A stretch of 64,000 nt of DNA. Origin: Balanoglossus misakiensis (Eukaryota; Animalia; Hemichordata). Below the pieces are notes generated by a model that saw only the letters and a list, made by a program, of their open reading frames with translations, had not been told where the DNA came from and did not search any database. Positions within the stretch are counted from its first letter, which is position 1, and the number at the start of each line of letters is the position of its first letter. Shown here in pieces: positions 53,314-64,000 of this stretch. The stretch lies in the NCBI GenBank assembly GCA_040954595.2, contig CM082584.2:310001-374000 (forward strand), read 5' to 3'. The translations under genes were made by a program, and so were the position numbers.

Positions 53314-54400
53314 AATATAGCTGCCAAGCAGCAATAGCGGGCACAAGCCAACATTGCACATAGCACATAGCGGTAATCATTACAGGTGTGTGCTTATTCT
53401 TACCAAATATAAAGTCAGCAGACTTTTAATTTATGTAGTATTTCGCATTTCCGTCATATTTACATCAAAGGTCATGTGAGGTCACCAGAAATTTGGGTAA
53501 TAATTTTGACCCTATACTGGTCCATGTCCCACAAGAACGAAACCTCAACCCCTATTAGTTAGCCTGGAATTAGGTATGCACATACTTAATGAGTTAAGTA
53601 GGTGTCACAGGTGACCTTTAAATTTGGTTTCTTATTTTGGTCCCATCCGTACTGTACCTACTCTGGGTGCCGAGTTATGCAGAAGAATGTCAAAGGTCAC
53701 CAAAATTTGGGCAAGAAATTTTGACCCTATACTTATCCAGGTCCAACAAAAACCAGACCTCTAGCCTTATTGGTTCGCCTAGAATTAGGTATGTACATAA
53801 TTAATGAGGTAAAGTGTAAGACTCCATTAGGAGTTCCATCCCTCCAAATACCAAGGCTGTACCTGCTCTGGATACCGAGATATGGTAAAGTAGGTCAAAG
53901 GCTACCTAAGGTCACCCAAAATTTGGGCAAGAAATTTTGACCCTTTACTAATCCAGGTCCAACAAAAACCAGACCTCTAGCCTTATTGGTTCGCCTAGAA
54001 TTAGGTATGCACATAATTAATGAGGTAAAGTGTAAGACTCCATTAGGAGTTCCATCCTTCCAAATACCAAGGCTGTACCTGCTCTGGATACAGAGATATG
54101 GTAAAGTAGGTCAAAGGTCACCTAAGGTCACCAAAAATTTGGGCAAGAAATTTTGACCCCATAATTGTCCATGTTCAACAAAAACAAAACCTATAGCCCT
54201 ATTGGTTAGCCTAGAATTAGGTATGTGCATAATTAATGAGATATGCATGTGTCACAGGTGACCCCCATTTCGGCTTTTAAATTTTAGCCCCAACCCTCAA
54301 AACGCCAAGTCTGTACCTGCTCTGTATGCCGAGATATAGGAAAGTAGGTCAAAGGTCATCTGAGGTCACCCAAAATTTGGGCAAATTTTTTTGACCCCAT
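53314..54400 (-). mobile_element. Nested fragment of the same family as 35994-37451, in opposite orientation
   Basis: aatatagctgccaagcagcaatagcgggcacaagcc is close to the reverse complement of the 37419-37452 terminus, and the same core repeats (aattaggtatg, tttgaccctatactggtccatg) are present. Confidence 0.7.
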
Positions 54401-54462
54401 AAAATTCTATTTTTAGATCTAATTTGCATATTGATGACCCCATCAAATCCAAATTAACAAAA

Positions 54463-56418
54463 TAGTCTTCGAACTGAGCGCGATTCCCATTATCAAAACA
54501 CCGCAAAGCATGCTGGGAAATTTCAGCACTCATTGACCTCTGTTATGGCGGCCAAGAACCCAGCGTACGTGGAGAGATTTCAATCCATTTTTTTTCCATG
54601 TTTTGAGTGTACTTGACAGATTTCGTTATCTTTGTGAAAATTATTGAAATAAAGCAATAAGAGAATCAAAGAGATGAATTCGGTAGATTTGCGAAAAATA
54701 AAAATAAAAGAGTTACCTTTGACCCCTTCTATTTTAGCCTTCAGAGGCATATACCAACTTTGATTTTTTGTGCCTTTTCATCCAAAGCTTCAATGGACGA
54801 GAAAAAACGTGGTATATACTCTATTTCATTAGAACTTTGTTGGAAACTATCGTATATCATGATCAACGATTGTTGTTGTTAAATTGGCGATTTTGTAGCA
54901 AAATACCGCGATTTTGCCGTGTCGTAGTAAAAAAAATCCAGACGCAAATGTCATGCAGAGTGTTTATTTTAATCACTCATCACCTCTTATGCTCATTTTT
55001 TCGTCCAGAACATCTTACCCGTAAATTCCACACTTTCTGACAGGGTCTTCCTGGCACACACTGTTTTTGGGTGAAAATGCAGTGATTTGTTTGATTTTTT
55101 GTGCCTTTTCATCCAAAGAGTGAAAACTATTCAAACTCGAATTTCTGGGGTCATAGATACTTTATTGTTATCATACGAACCTATTTTAGCTAGTGCTAAG
55201 CCTCTAAAAAAATATGCAGCCACTCGAAGTGAGGCATAAAACGTAGTTTGTCGATATTTTGGTTATGAATGTTTGTGGGCCTTCAATCAATAATTTATCA
55301 GGTACGACCGTCCGCAGTGCCCAAAATACTTACGATACATGTTGTTATTTCGTAATCACACCGATCGAACACAGATACCTCGCGTGGATGCAAGCACCAT
55401 GTCGTTTTTCAACGGTATTGTGAATTTAACACCAATTTCAAGGGAAGTGCTTGCAGTCATGTATCCCGCAATCAGCCAAAATAAGACTCCAACAGCGAAA
55501 AAAGAGACGCATCTGGAACAAACACGCATATTTACTTCCTCTGACTTCCGTAAGAACCGCGATTACATGCAGAATTACCCCACTAGAGCCCATGTGTGTA
55601 CCCTAATCACATGGGTCAGTCTCTGACACAGAGATATCAACGCCCCTTTCATGACGTTCAAGCCTGATGACAGCATCATTGATCAATGGGTGGGTAGATA
55701 TACTCATAACTGACATGATCTTATATATAAATATTCAGATATTTGTTTACAACAAACTTAGATGTATCGAATAAACTTTGAGCAAAAGCGTGAAGCCTTG
55801 CCTTTCTTGGCGGGAGATTGACGCATGTTGTTTACGTTACCATGGCGCCATAGAAATAGTAACGCTATTTAGCATATCACGTGCACTAAATGACACCCAC
55901 TGGTTGGCGTATTCAAAAGGTCATAACATTTTGGGGTCATCAGTCGGCAGACTGAAAGTCATTGAGAAATTGTGGTTTCTCGTCATTCAATTGAGGTTCA
56001 TTGGTCAGAGAAAGTCGTCTGGGAATCGGCAGGTTTCGCTGCTTGCTGCATATGCTGAAATATTGCACCAGCACCATTTTAGCAACCACGATCTGTCAAA
56101 TTTTGGTCAGTTCCATAGGCATCGCCATGCAATTTGCAGTGCGGGGCTGGTAAATTCAAGTGTTGATGTTTTTTCTGAGTTAATTTTTGTAAAAAAATCA
56201 CGTCGGTTTTTGGATTTGTCACAGCGAGTAAGGAACTTAATGTCAGTTCTTTGTTAAAAGCTAAGCTCGCTGGATTTTTTTCGTGTTGGAGACACTGCGA
56301 CTTGTAATTTCTGTTTCCGACCATAATTTTACGGACACTCGACAGCGTAGTCAGCCTTTTTGAATACTTAATGAGTGATAATGGACACGCCCACTTTGCG
56401 CGCTCAGTCCGAAGACTA
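54463..56418. mobile_element. Non-autonomous Academ-like DNA transposon
   Basis: 20-bp TIRs TAGTCTTCGAACTGAGCGCG / CGCGCTCAGTCCGAAGACTA with 1 mismatch, TAG...CTA ends, and a 4-bp AAAA duplication within the host core repeat (aacaaaatcagg). No transposase ORF was recognised. Confidence 0.8.
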
Positions 56419-57057
56419 AAAATCAGGTAGGGACACCATAACATACATTCCTACCAAATTTCAGCTCCATCGTACATGTAGTTAGGAAGAAGATTTTTTA
56501 CCAAAAAATCTATTTTTAGATCTTATTTGCATATTTATGACCCCATCAAATCCAAATTAACAAAATCAGGTAGGGACACCATAGCACACATTCCTACCAA
56601 ATTTCAGCTCTATCGTACATGTAGTTATGGAGAAAAATATTTTTTACAAAAAATTCTATTTTTAGATCTAATTTGCATATTAATGACCCCATCAAATCCA
56701 AATTTACAAAATCAGGTAGGGGCCCAATAACACACATTCCTACCAAATTTCAGCTCCATTGTACATGTAGTTGTGGAGAAGAAGATTTTTACCAAAAATT
56801 CTATTTTTAGATCTAATTTGCATATTCATGACCCCACCAAGTCCAAATTAACAAAATCAGTGAAGGGCACCATAACACACATTCCAACCAAATTTCAGCT
56901 AAATATGCCAAGTTGTTTTAAAGAAGAAGATTGAAATACCAAAAGTTGACGGACGACGGACGACGGACGACGGACGACGGATGACAGACGACGGACGACG
57001 GACGGACACTAATCAACCTACTGCTACAGCTCAGCTGACACAAGTGACAGCCGAGCT

Positions 57058-57956
57058 AAAAATAGCCATTTTGGCCATATTTTGACAAAAATGGTAAATT
57101 TTTAAAAAATCATAAAAAATTAACTCTTTTCTTCATTTTCGGAAATATTATGGAGCATAAAGTGTCGTTCTCTTGTAGAAAGTGCTGCAAATTCCAGAAA
57201 AGGCGGTATAATTTGAATCACCCAAGAGAAAATTACCATTTTCGACTTTTTTTCGAAAAATTGTCTTTTTTACAAAATAAATAAGAATAAATTCTTTTCT
57301 TAGTTTCAAACGGGTAGAGATACTTTCCACACGGGTTTTCTAACATTGAATTCCCGTTCATCAACTCACATTTCCTACAGCATAAGTCGGCTAAAACCCA
57401 GTTACTCTAGAGCAGAAACAGTTGCACACTGGTAACGTTGAACAAGTCGATTTTTCTACGGCCTGGCTCGGCTAAATCTCCGTCACAATATGACAGACAC
57501 TAGCGTACGTTAGCAACGGTGATCAAGTCAGATTTCCTACGGCCTGGTTTAGCTGAAGCCCCGGCACTTTAGAGTGGAAACACGCGTACATTGACCACGA
57601 TGATCAAGTCAGATTTCCTACGGCCTGGCTCGACTAAAACCCCGGCACACCATGACATACACTAGCGTTCGTTAGCAACGTTGATCAAGTCAGATTTCCT
57701 ATGGCATGGCTTGGCTAAAGCCCTGGCACTCTAGAGCAGAAACACGCGTACAGAGACCACGTTGATCTATTCACATTTCCTTCGGCCTGGCACAGCTGAT
57801 GCCCCGGCACTATATATAGGACACAGACTGGCGTAAGTTAACAACGGTAATCACGTCGGGTTTCCTACGGCCTGGCTCAGCTGAAGCCCCGGCACTCTAG
57901 AGCAGAAACAGGCGTACATTGACCACGTTGATCAAGTCAGATTTCCTACGGCGTGA
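57058..57956. repeat. Terminal partial macrosatellite unit
   Basis: It resumes at aatagccattttgg and ends mid-monomer at cctacggcgtga. Confidence 0.95.
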
Positions 57957-57994
57957 TTTAAATTACGAATTCCAGATATGCTATTACTAATTAA

Positions 57995-60900
57995 TTATGG
58001 TGTAATACGTGTACTACTTTCCTCAAGCAAGCACAGTTTGCGAACATCTCTACGCAATCTTCCTGTTTCAGTCTTCACTAGGACCTGGCGCACATTGCCG
58101 TACTGATCTGGGTAAGTTTGCTGAACTAGTCCTTTTGACCACTGTCCTCTTGGGATATTTTCCTCTACCACGATAACCAAATCTCCAACAGTCAGATTTC
58201 TCTTGGGCTTCAACCACTTCTGTCTCTGCTGAAGGGAAGGCAGGTATTCGTGTAGCCATCGTTTCCAAAACGAGTTCGCTATGAGATTAGCTTGGTTCCT
58301 TCTGTGATTAGCTGTACTGGTCGTGACAGTGTCTGCAGGAGATGTGCATGGATTCGGCCTCAGTAGTAACAGGCTATTAGGCGTCAGTGCTTCAAGGTCA
58401 TTCGGGTCATCTGATTGACGGGTCAAAGGTCGATCATTGATAATCTTCTCCACCTCCGCCAAGACAGTAAGTAAAGTTTCGTCGTCAATTAGTTGGTTTC
58501 CAACGAGTGCTCGTAGGATTTTCCGCACTGAACGTATCATCCTTTCCCAAACTCCTCCAGTATGACTGGCTGCGGGTGCATTGAAATACCATTGGATATC
58601 CCTCTTGCGTAGACTATCAGTTATCTTCTCTTGATTCCAACTCGCTAGAGCTTCTTTGATTTCAGTTTCCGCTCCCCGGAAATTTGTTCCGTTGTCACTG
58701 TATACCGTTTTTGGTGGACCACGTCTGCTGACAAATCTCCATACTGCCTGAATAAATGAATCTGTGGATAAACTGTGGGTGACTTCAATATGCACAGCTC
58801 GTATGGCGAGACAGGTGAATATACATCCGTATCGTTTGGACGTTCCTCTTCTCCACTTGACTTTCGGAGGACCAAAGAAGTCGATTCCCACTGCAGCAAA
58901 TGCACTCTCACCTGGAGTAACTCTTGGGGTTGGAATTCTTCTGACAGTAGCTTGGCCTCTCAAAATCCAATATTCTTTTCGGATTCTGGATAACACATGG
59001 GTGGTTCCTACGTGACCTTCCTGCTCATGGAAAAACTGAACAATTAATTCGGTCACTTGATGATTATGGGGTAGAATAATAGGATGTTTTGTGGTTTCAT
59101 CTATGGGGGCGTTGTTTAGTCTTCCACCAACGTGTATAATGCCATCTTTGTAGATTGGACTGAGTCTGCAAAGTGGACTGGTATATCCTTCAGAATCTGG
59201 TTTTCTGCTTGGATTCTTCAACTGTGTTGATATTTCCTTAGGAAACGCTTTCCGTTGAACGACTCTAATGACTTCTAAGGTAGCATCGGACACTTCTGAC
59301 ACCGTTAGAGCACCAACCGGAACTTTACCATTTCCGCCATTCTCAATGCGAGCTCGGAGATACTTCTTGTATCGTAAAATCCAAGCGACAGATTTGCAAA
59401 GTTTGTACCATGACGAAAATCTGTGAATTAACGAATGGATGATATCAGTGTCATCTGTCTGGTTGCTGTTTACCACTGCGCGTACCTTTGCCATTTTCAA
59501 TTCGTTGTCCTCATCCGATATTCTTGGTAAGTCGGTAGGTTGGGTTGGCCAGTTTCCTTCAGATTTCCAGAGAAATTCTGGACCTTCGAACCACAGTTTG
59601 GACTTCGCTTTGGCGGCTTTCAAGGTAATACCTCGGGAGGCACAATCAGCTGGATTGAGTTGTGAAGGAACATGATGCCATTGTGACGGTAGTGTTGCAT
59701 CGTGTATTAGTTGTAGGTGGTTGGCTACAAAGGTCTTGAAGCGTCTTGTTGAGCTGCAGATATATTGTATAACAATGGTAGAGTCTGTCCAGAATCGCTC
59801 TCGATGGATAGGAAATTGAAGTTCTTCTTTTATCTGTTTGCTGACTTTAACGGCCACTGTTGCTGCTGTCAATTCCAATCTTGGTACTGTAATGGTCTTC
59901 AGTGGAGCAACTCTAGATTTGCCAGTCACGAGGCTGCAGTGAAAGTTACCACCTTTGTCAGTAAACCGTAGGTAGGAAACAACCCCATATCCTTCCGTTG
60001 AAGCATCGCAGAAATGATGAATTTCTATAGATTGTGGCTGGCCAAAACCTGGAGGTGTGTAACACCGTGGAATTACCATGGCTTTTAACATCGGTAACTT
60101 CTGTAACCATTCACGCCAAACAACTAGATATTTCACTGGTATGGCTTCATCCCATCCACATCCTTCTTTGCATAATTCTTGTAATAAGCGCTTAGCCGGC
60201 AATACAAATGGTGCAACAAATCCTAGTGGGTCGTACACAGATGCTACAACTGAGAGAATCCCTCTTCGAGTTTCACTTTTACTTTCCTTGCCAACTCTGA
60301 AGCTCATAGTATCTTCTTGAATGTCCCATTGTACACCAAGAGCTCTGTCAACTGGTAAGTCTTCCAGGTCTAAATTCATCACAGATGGCGCCCTTTCTTC
60401 TGACGGGATGGAGGACAATACTTCTGTGCAATTAGAAATCCATTTGGTCAGATGAAATCCACCATTAGACAAAAGAGCTGAAACTTCAGTGATGAGTCTC
60501 TTGGCTGTGTCCACGGCAAGTACTGATTTTAAGAAATCATCCACGTAGAAATTTCTGTAGACAGCATCTATGATGTCCGAGTCGAAGTTACTTCTATTGT
60601 CATCAGCTGTTCTCCGGAGGGCGTATGCTGAACAACTAGGTGATGATGTCGCGCCAAACAAATGAACAAGCATTTGATGATCGACGGGCTCCTTCGTGAG
60701 GTCACCGTTAGGCCACCATAGGAATCGCAGGACATCACAATCTTCGGGGTCGACATGAACTTGGTGAAACATTTGCTTGATATCAGCAACCACTGCAACA
60801 GGATACTGACGGAACCGTAGCAAGACTCCAACCAAGGAATTGGTCAAATCCGGACCCTGCAGGAGTTGATCGTTCAGTGAAGTTCCTCCACATTTGGCAG

Positions 60901-63900
60901 CACAATCGAAGACGACTCTCACCTTTTCTGGTTTCATGGGATGCGTCACCGGATGATGAGGTAGGTACCATAACCGTCCATAATCGTCTTCTTTGTTTTC
61001 ATCAGATACTTCTTTTGCATGACCTTGTACAATATAGTCTTGTATAATTGTACTGTACTTTTCATGGAGATCTGGATCTTTAAGTAGACGTCTTTTGAGT
61101 AGGTTGAGTCGTTTCTCAGCTACATGCCTGTTATTTGGTAAGGCTGGTTCTTCAAATTTCCAAGGTAGCTTCAACTGATAGTGGCCATTTTGTAGACGGA
61201 CAGATCGATCCATTATCGCCTTTGCCCTTCGGTCTTCTAATGACATGCATTCTTTAGTATCCACTAGATTTTCGTTGAAGTCGGCATTGTACATCCTTTC
61301 CAATTGTGATGAAATGGACTCCATACCTTTGATAGAAGTATCACTGTCGATGATCTGGTCCATATTGATACAGTTGATTGATGAGTTGGTTTCTTTCTTT
61401 CCTTTCATCGGCCCAATCAACGTCCATCCAAGTAATGTTCGGATTGCGTATGGTTGTTTTCTCCCGGCACGTCTTTCCTCCAGGACCCAGTGTGCTTCTG
61501 GAATGTCGTTACCGATCAGGATTGTGACTTCCTTGTTCTGCAATTCTGGTAATTCAACATCCTTCAGATGAGACCATTCCTTCGTATCCTCTGCTGTTGG
61601 TATACTGTTTGCCGTTATGGGAAGTTTGTCCGTCGTCCATACCTTATCAAGATGAACACTTTGATTTCTATGTAGACCTCGTACATCTAATTTAACTTCA
61701 CGTCCATACTTCTTCGTTTCAGCATCGAGTGTGGAAAGTGTATATGTAATGGGTTGTCCACCCAAACCAAGTCTGTCTGCTAGAGATGAGAGACATATTG
61801 TTGTGTCTGAACCATTGTCCAGGAATGCATAAGTTTCAATCTCTGCTCCTCCCTCCACTCCACTTACTCGGACTGGTACAACTTGTAGGCTGATACGTGG
61901 CTTGTTTGTCCTGGTTGCTTTACAATGAACGGTGTTACCGGCCCCATTGGTTACTTCAGAATTCCCGTCACTTTTCTCGTCTTTATTCTTCCCAAGACGT
62001 GTTGTGGGTGGAGCTGGTCTACCACTTCCACTGGGATACACTTCATTTGACGACTGGCTAGGATGTGACGATACTGGGTGTAGTAATGGGTGGTGAAGTC
62101 TTCCACAGTCAGTTACTGGACAAAACAATCCACTTTTGCAGTTTTTAGCGAAGTGTCGAGGGGTTGCTTCCAGACAACAATCACAGAGGTTCTGTTTTCG
62201 CACAAACGTTTTCTTCTCCATGAACGACTTCCTGGCAAACTTCCGGCATCTCTGCAGTTGGTGTTGTCCTTGGCAGAAAAGACATCTAATTTCTCTCTTG
62301 GATTGGCAGTAGGGTTTGTCTTGCGTCTTGCCGTACATTTCATGACTTACTTGTGTGGTCAAAGTAGTAGCCTTGGTGAATTGTTTGACCCTGGACTTTA
62401 CGTCTCTCTCTTGTTCTGGTTTTGATCCAACCAACATCCCGAATCTTGTATTGGCCAAGGCTGCTCGCTTCTCCAAAAACGCTGTCAGATGGATGAATTC
62501 TGGTTCAATACCGGAGTAAATCATTCTTCCAGCTTCTTTTGCCCAATCTCCTTGTAGAAATGTAGGTAGGCGTCTCACTATCTTCTCCAATGTATCCATG
62601 GAGTTCAGATCAGCGGTGTATTTCATTTGGCTGGAACACATATGACAATTATTCATGTCACGTGCCAACTGTAGCAACTTTGATGTGTCCGTGGCCTTGA
62701 TCTGTGGTCCCTTGACGACTTTGTCTATGGTGGCATGGACGATCGTGTGTTTCTGGCCGAAATTCTGGTATAATATTTTCCTTGCTTCAGTGTAACCTTG
62801 TTCTGGAGGTAGAATCACACAGTTCTTGATTGCTTCTTTGGCTGGTCCAGTGCAGTATTGGATGAGATAAGCCAATCTAGTGCCATCATTGGTTGTTCCC
62901 TTTACAATGTTTATCTCAAAATTTCTGATGAACGTGGGGTACACTACTGGGTCACCATTAAACGATAGGAATTCCCGCTTCGGCAAATTCAAACTAGTTA
63001 CAAGTGCTTGCGTGGCTTCACTCTGTTGTCTTATCATACTCTGTAGGATTTCGTGTTGCCCATCCCGCAATGGACTTGGTTCATTTCTATAAAGTTGTTC
63101 CCCAATATTGTGGTCCACGGGCTGCCATTCTGGTGCATTCGGATTTAATGCTGCCACATTGCCCTCCAACTGTTTCACATTTTCGGACAGCGGTCTGTCT
63201 TTAAGCAAAGTTGTTATTGTGTTGAACTGGGAAACTTCTACTGGGGGACCACTCGACAATACATGGGGGTGATAATCTTGAAAAGACTGGAAATACCTGT
63301 CAATCTTCTCACTTGGACTGGTCATCTTTGCTTCACTTGTATCAACAGAATATTCTTCGGAATGAAACGAAGTTCCCTCTTCTGCTAATTCAGCCTCCAT
63401 TTCAGCCTGTTTTAACTTCTGTTGAACGTCTAGAATCTTCAATGTTGACTGCATCTTTATTTCTTCTTCTCGAAGTCGCAGATCACGAAGCTTGGCTTTG
63501 GCTTCTTCTTCTTGCTGTATCTTTTCAAGTTCAAGCTGGGTTTCCAATATCTTCCTTCTTGCAATTCTTGAAGCTCGACTTGCCTTTGAACTCGATAAAG
63601 AACATATATTACTTGTCTGCCGGTTACCATTTCCATAAGACGTTTGACTATGTGATTTCTTTTTTACAGATTTTACCTGGTCCTTGGTAGAGTGACATGA
63701 ATTTTTGGAAGCCGCTGAACCGTTGACATCATCCTCTTGTGAAGCTGGTGGCACTTCTGGCTCCAACCCACGTGACGGAGTTGTTATCGTGATTCGATGA
63801 GACGAAATCCAGTTCTTCAGGCGTTGTTCCAGACACTCTTTTCTGTTAACTTCAGATTCGTGTTCAAGTCGTACACTTTCTTGTTCGGACCTTGAAAGAT

Positions 63901-63997
63901 GTTTCTGATATTCATAACAAGTATTTGTATATGAAGTAAAAATCCTATCCAAGTCTTCTTTCTTTTTGGTAACTGCTTGGTAGTCAGGCGACGACAT
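57995..63997 (-). CDS. BEL/Pao LTR retrotransposon gag-pol polyprotein (probably 5'-incomplete at the window edge)
   Basis: 2000-aa ORF with a DUF1759-like gag (FNGDP..YP.F, LIQYCTGPAK), three Cys/His knuckles (CLFCQGQH..C, CDCC..H..C, C..CGRLHHPLLH), protease LDNGSD, RT (ADIKQMF, FYVDD), RNase H HHFCDAS and integrase (GIDFFGP, SDNGTNF, GGVWERMI). The codon upstream of the ATG is in-frame Leu. Confidence 0.95.
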   Translation of the reverse strand: MSSPDYQAVTKKKEDLDRIFTSYTNTCYEYQKHLSRSEQESVRLEHESEVNRKECLEQRLKNWISSHRITITTPSRGLEPEVPPASQEDDVNGSAASKNSCHSTKDQVKSVKKKSHSQTSYGNGNRQTSNICSLSSSKASRASRIARRKILETQLELEKIQQEEEAKAKLRDLRLREEEIKMQSTLKILDVQQKLKQAEMEAELAEEGTSFHSEEYSVDTSEAKMTSPSEKIDRYFQSFQDYHPHVLSSGPPVEVSQFNTITTLLKDRPLSENVKQLEGNVAALNPNAPEWQPVDHNIGEQLYRNEPSPLRDGQHEILQSMIRQQSEATQALVTSLNLPKREFLSFNGDPVVYPTFIRNFEINIVKGTTNDGTRLAYLIQYCTGPAKEAIKNCVILPPEQGYTEARKILYQNFGQKHTIVHATIDKVVKGPQIKATDTSKLLQLARDMNNCHMCSSQMKYTADLNSMDTLEKIVRRLPTFLQGDWAKEAGRMIYSGIEPEFIHLTAFLEKRAALANTRFGMLVGSKPEQERDVKSRVKQFTKATTLTTQVSHEMYGKTQDKPYCQSKREIRCLFCQGQHQLQRCRKFARKSFMEKKTFVRKQNLCDCCLEATPRHFAKNCKSGLFCPVTDCGRLHHPLLHPVSSHPSQSSNEVYPSGSGRPAPPTTRLGKNKDEKSDGNSEVTNGAGNTVHCKATRTNKPRISLQVVPVRVSGVEGGAEIETYAFLDNGSDTTICLSSLADRLGLGGQPITYTLSTLDAETKKYGREVKLDVRGLHRNQSVHLDKVWTTDKLPITANSIPTAEDTKEWSHLKDVELPELQNKEVTILIGNDIPEAHWVLEERRAGRKQPYAIRTLLGWTLIGPMKGKKETNSSINCINMDQIIDSDTSIKGMESISSQLERMYNADFNENLVDTKECMSLEDRRAKAIMDRSVRLQNGHYQLKLPWKFEEPALPNNRHVAEKRLNLLKRRLLKDPDLHEKYSTIIQDYIVQGHAKEVSDENKEDDYGRLWYLPHHPVTHPMKPEKVRVVFDCAAKCGGTSLNDQLLQGPDLTNSLVGVLLRFRQYPVAVVADIKQMFHQVHVDPEDCDVLRFLWWPNGDLTKEPVDHQMLVHLFGATSSPSCSAYALRRTADDNRSNFDSDIIDAVYRNFYVDDFLKSVLAVDTAKRLITEVSALLSNGGFHLTKWISNCTEVLSSIPSEERAPSVMNLDLEDLPVDRALGVQWDIQEDTMSFRVGKESKSETRRGILSVVASVYDPLGFVAPFVLPAKRLLQELCKEGCGWDEAIPVKYLVVWREWLQKLPMLKAMVIPRCYTPPGFGQPQSIEIHHFCDASTEGYGVVSYLRFTDKGGNFHCSLVTGKSRVAPLKTITVPRLELTAATVAVKVSKQIKEELQFPIHRERFWTDSTIVIQYICSSTRRFKTFVANHLQLIHDATLPSQWHHVPSQLNPADCASRGITLKAAKAKSKLWFEGPEFLWKSEGNWPTQPTDLPRISDEDNELKMAKVRAVVNSNQTDDTDIIHSLIHRFSSWYKLCKSVAWILRYKKYLRARIENGGNGKVPVGALTVSEVSDATLEVIRVVQRKAFPKEISTQLKNPSRKPDSEGYTSPLCRLSPIYKDGIIHVGGRLNNAPIDETTKHPIILPHNHQVTELIVQFFHEQEGHVGTTHVLSRIRKEYWILRGQATVRRIPTPRVTPGESAFAAVGIDFFGPPKVKWRRGTSKRYGCIFTCLAIRAVHIEVTHSLSTDSFIQAVWRFVSRRGPPKTVYSDNGTNFRGAETEIKEALASWNQEKITDSLRKRDIQWYFNAPAASHTGGVWERMIRSVRKILRALVGNQLIDDETLLTVLAEVEKIINDRPLTRQSDDPNDLEALTPNSLLLLRPNPCTSPADTVTTSTANHRRNQANLIANSFWKRWLHEYLPSLQQRQKWLKPKRNLTVGDLVIVVEENIPRGQWSKGLVQQTYPDQYGNVRQVLVKTETGRLRRDVRKLCLLEESSTRITP

Positions 63998-64000
63998 TAA

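Larger units (their letters stand above)
53182..57057. mobile_element. Non-autonomous Helentron/pearl-like element inserted in the satellite A-run
   Basis: It starts caagtgacc..agagctctgctgac and has ~145-bp core repeats at 56419-56900, a (GACGGAC)n microsatellite at ~56948-57008, and the terminal hairpin agctcagctg-acacaagtga-cagccgagct. The satellite sequence caagaa|aaatagcc is split by it. Confidence 0.78.

Noticed and set aside
58068-63690. Antisense and alternative-frame ORFs within BEL gag-pol
   Set aside because: These are shadow ORFs of a long coding frame with no motifs.

Overview
This is eukaryotic, repeat-only DNA; the repeat families suggest a marine invertebrate, which is an inference. 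I found no host protein gene, rRNA, tRNA or CRISPR array. Most of 1157-57956 is a head-to-tail array of a ~2.04-kb macrosatellite (17 copies of its landmark motif). Each unit has ~10.5 alternating 81-bp monomers (162-bp dimers), a ~270-bp unique GC-richer core ending in a G-run, and ~1 kb of AT-rich DNA built from a degenerate ~335-bp triplication. The left part (1.2-22.9 kb) is uninterrupted and homogenised, with an A-B-C-A-B-B-B-C higher-order pattern. The right part is more diverged and carries several insertions: (i) two copies, 6.85 kb apart, of a composite of a decayed Tx1/L1-clade LINE ORF2 plus a TAG-terminated DNA-transposon-like end; (ii) a 5'-truncated L2/Crack/CR1-group LINE split by nested non-autonomous Helentron-like elements and by an ISL2EU-like THAP element with an AT target-site duplication (TSD); (iii) another Helentron-like element containing an Academ-like element. 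The array ends against a BEL/Pao LTR retrotransposon with an open 2000-aa gag-pol that lacks the CxxC of its integrase zinc finger and has no 3' LTR. I found no convincing new protein-based system. The best leads are the multi-level, layered satellite architecture and the origin of its unit.
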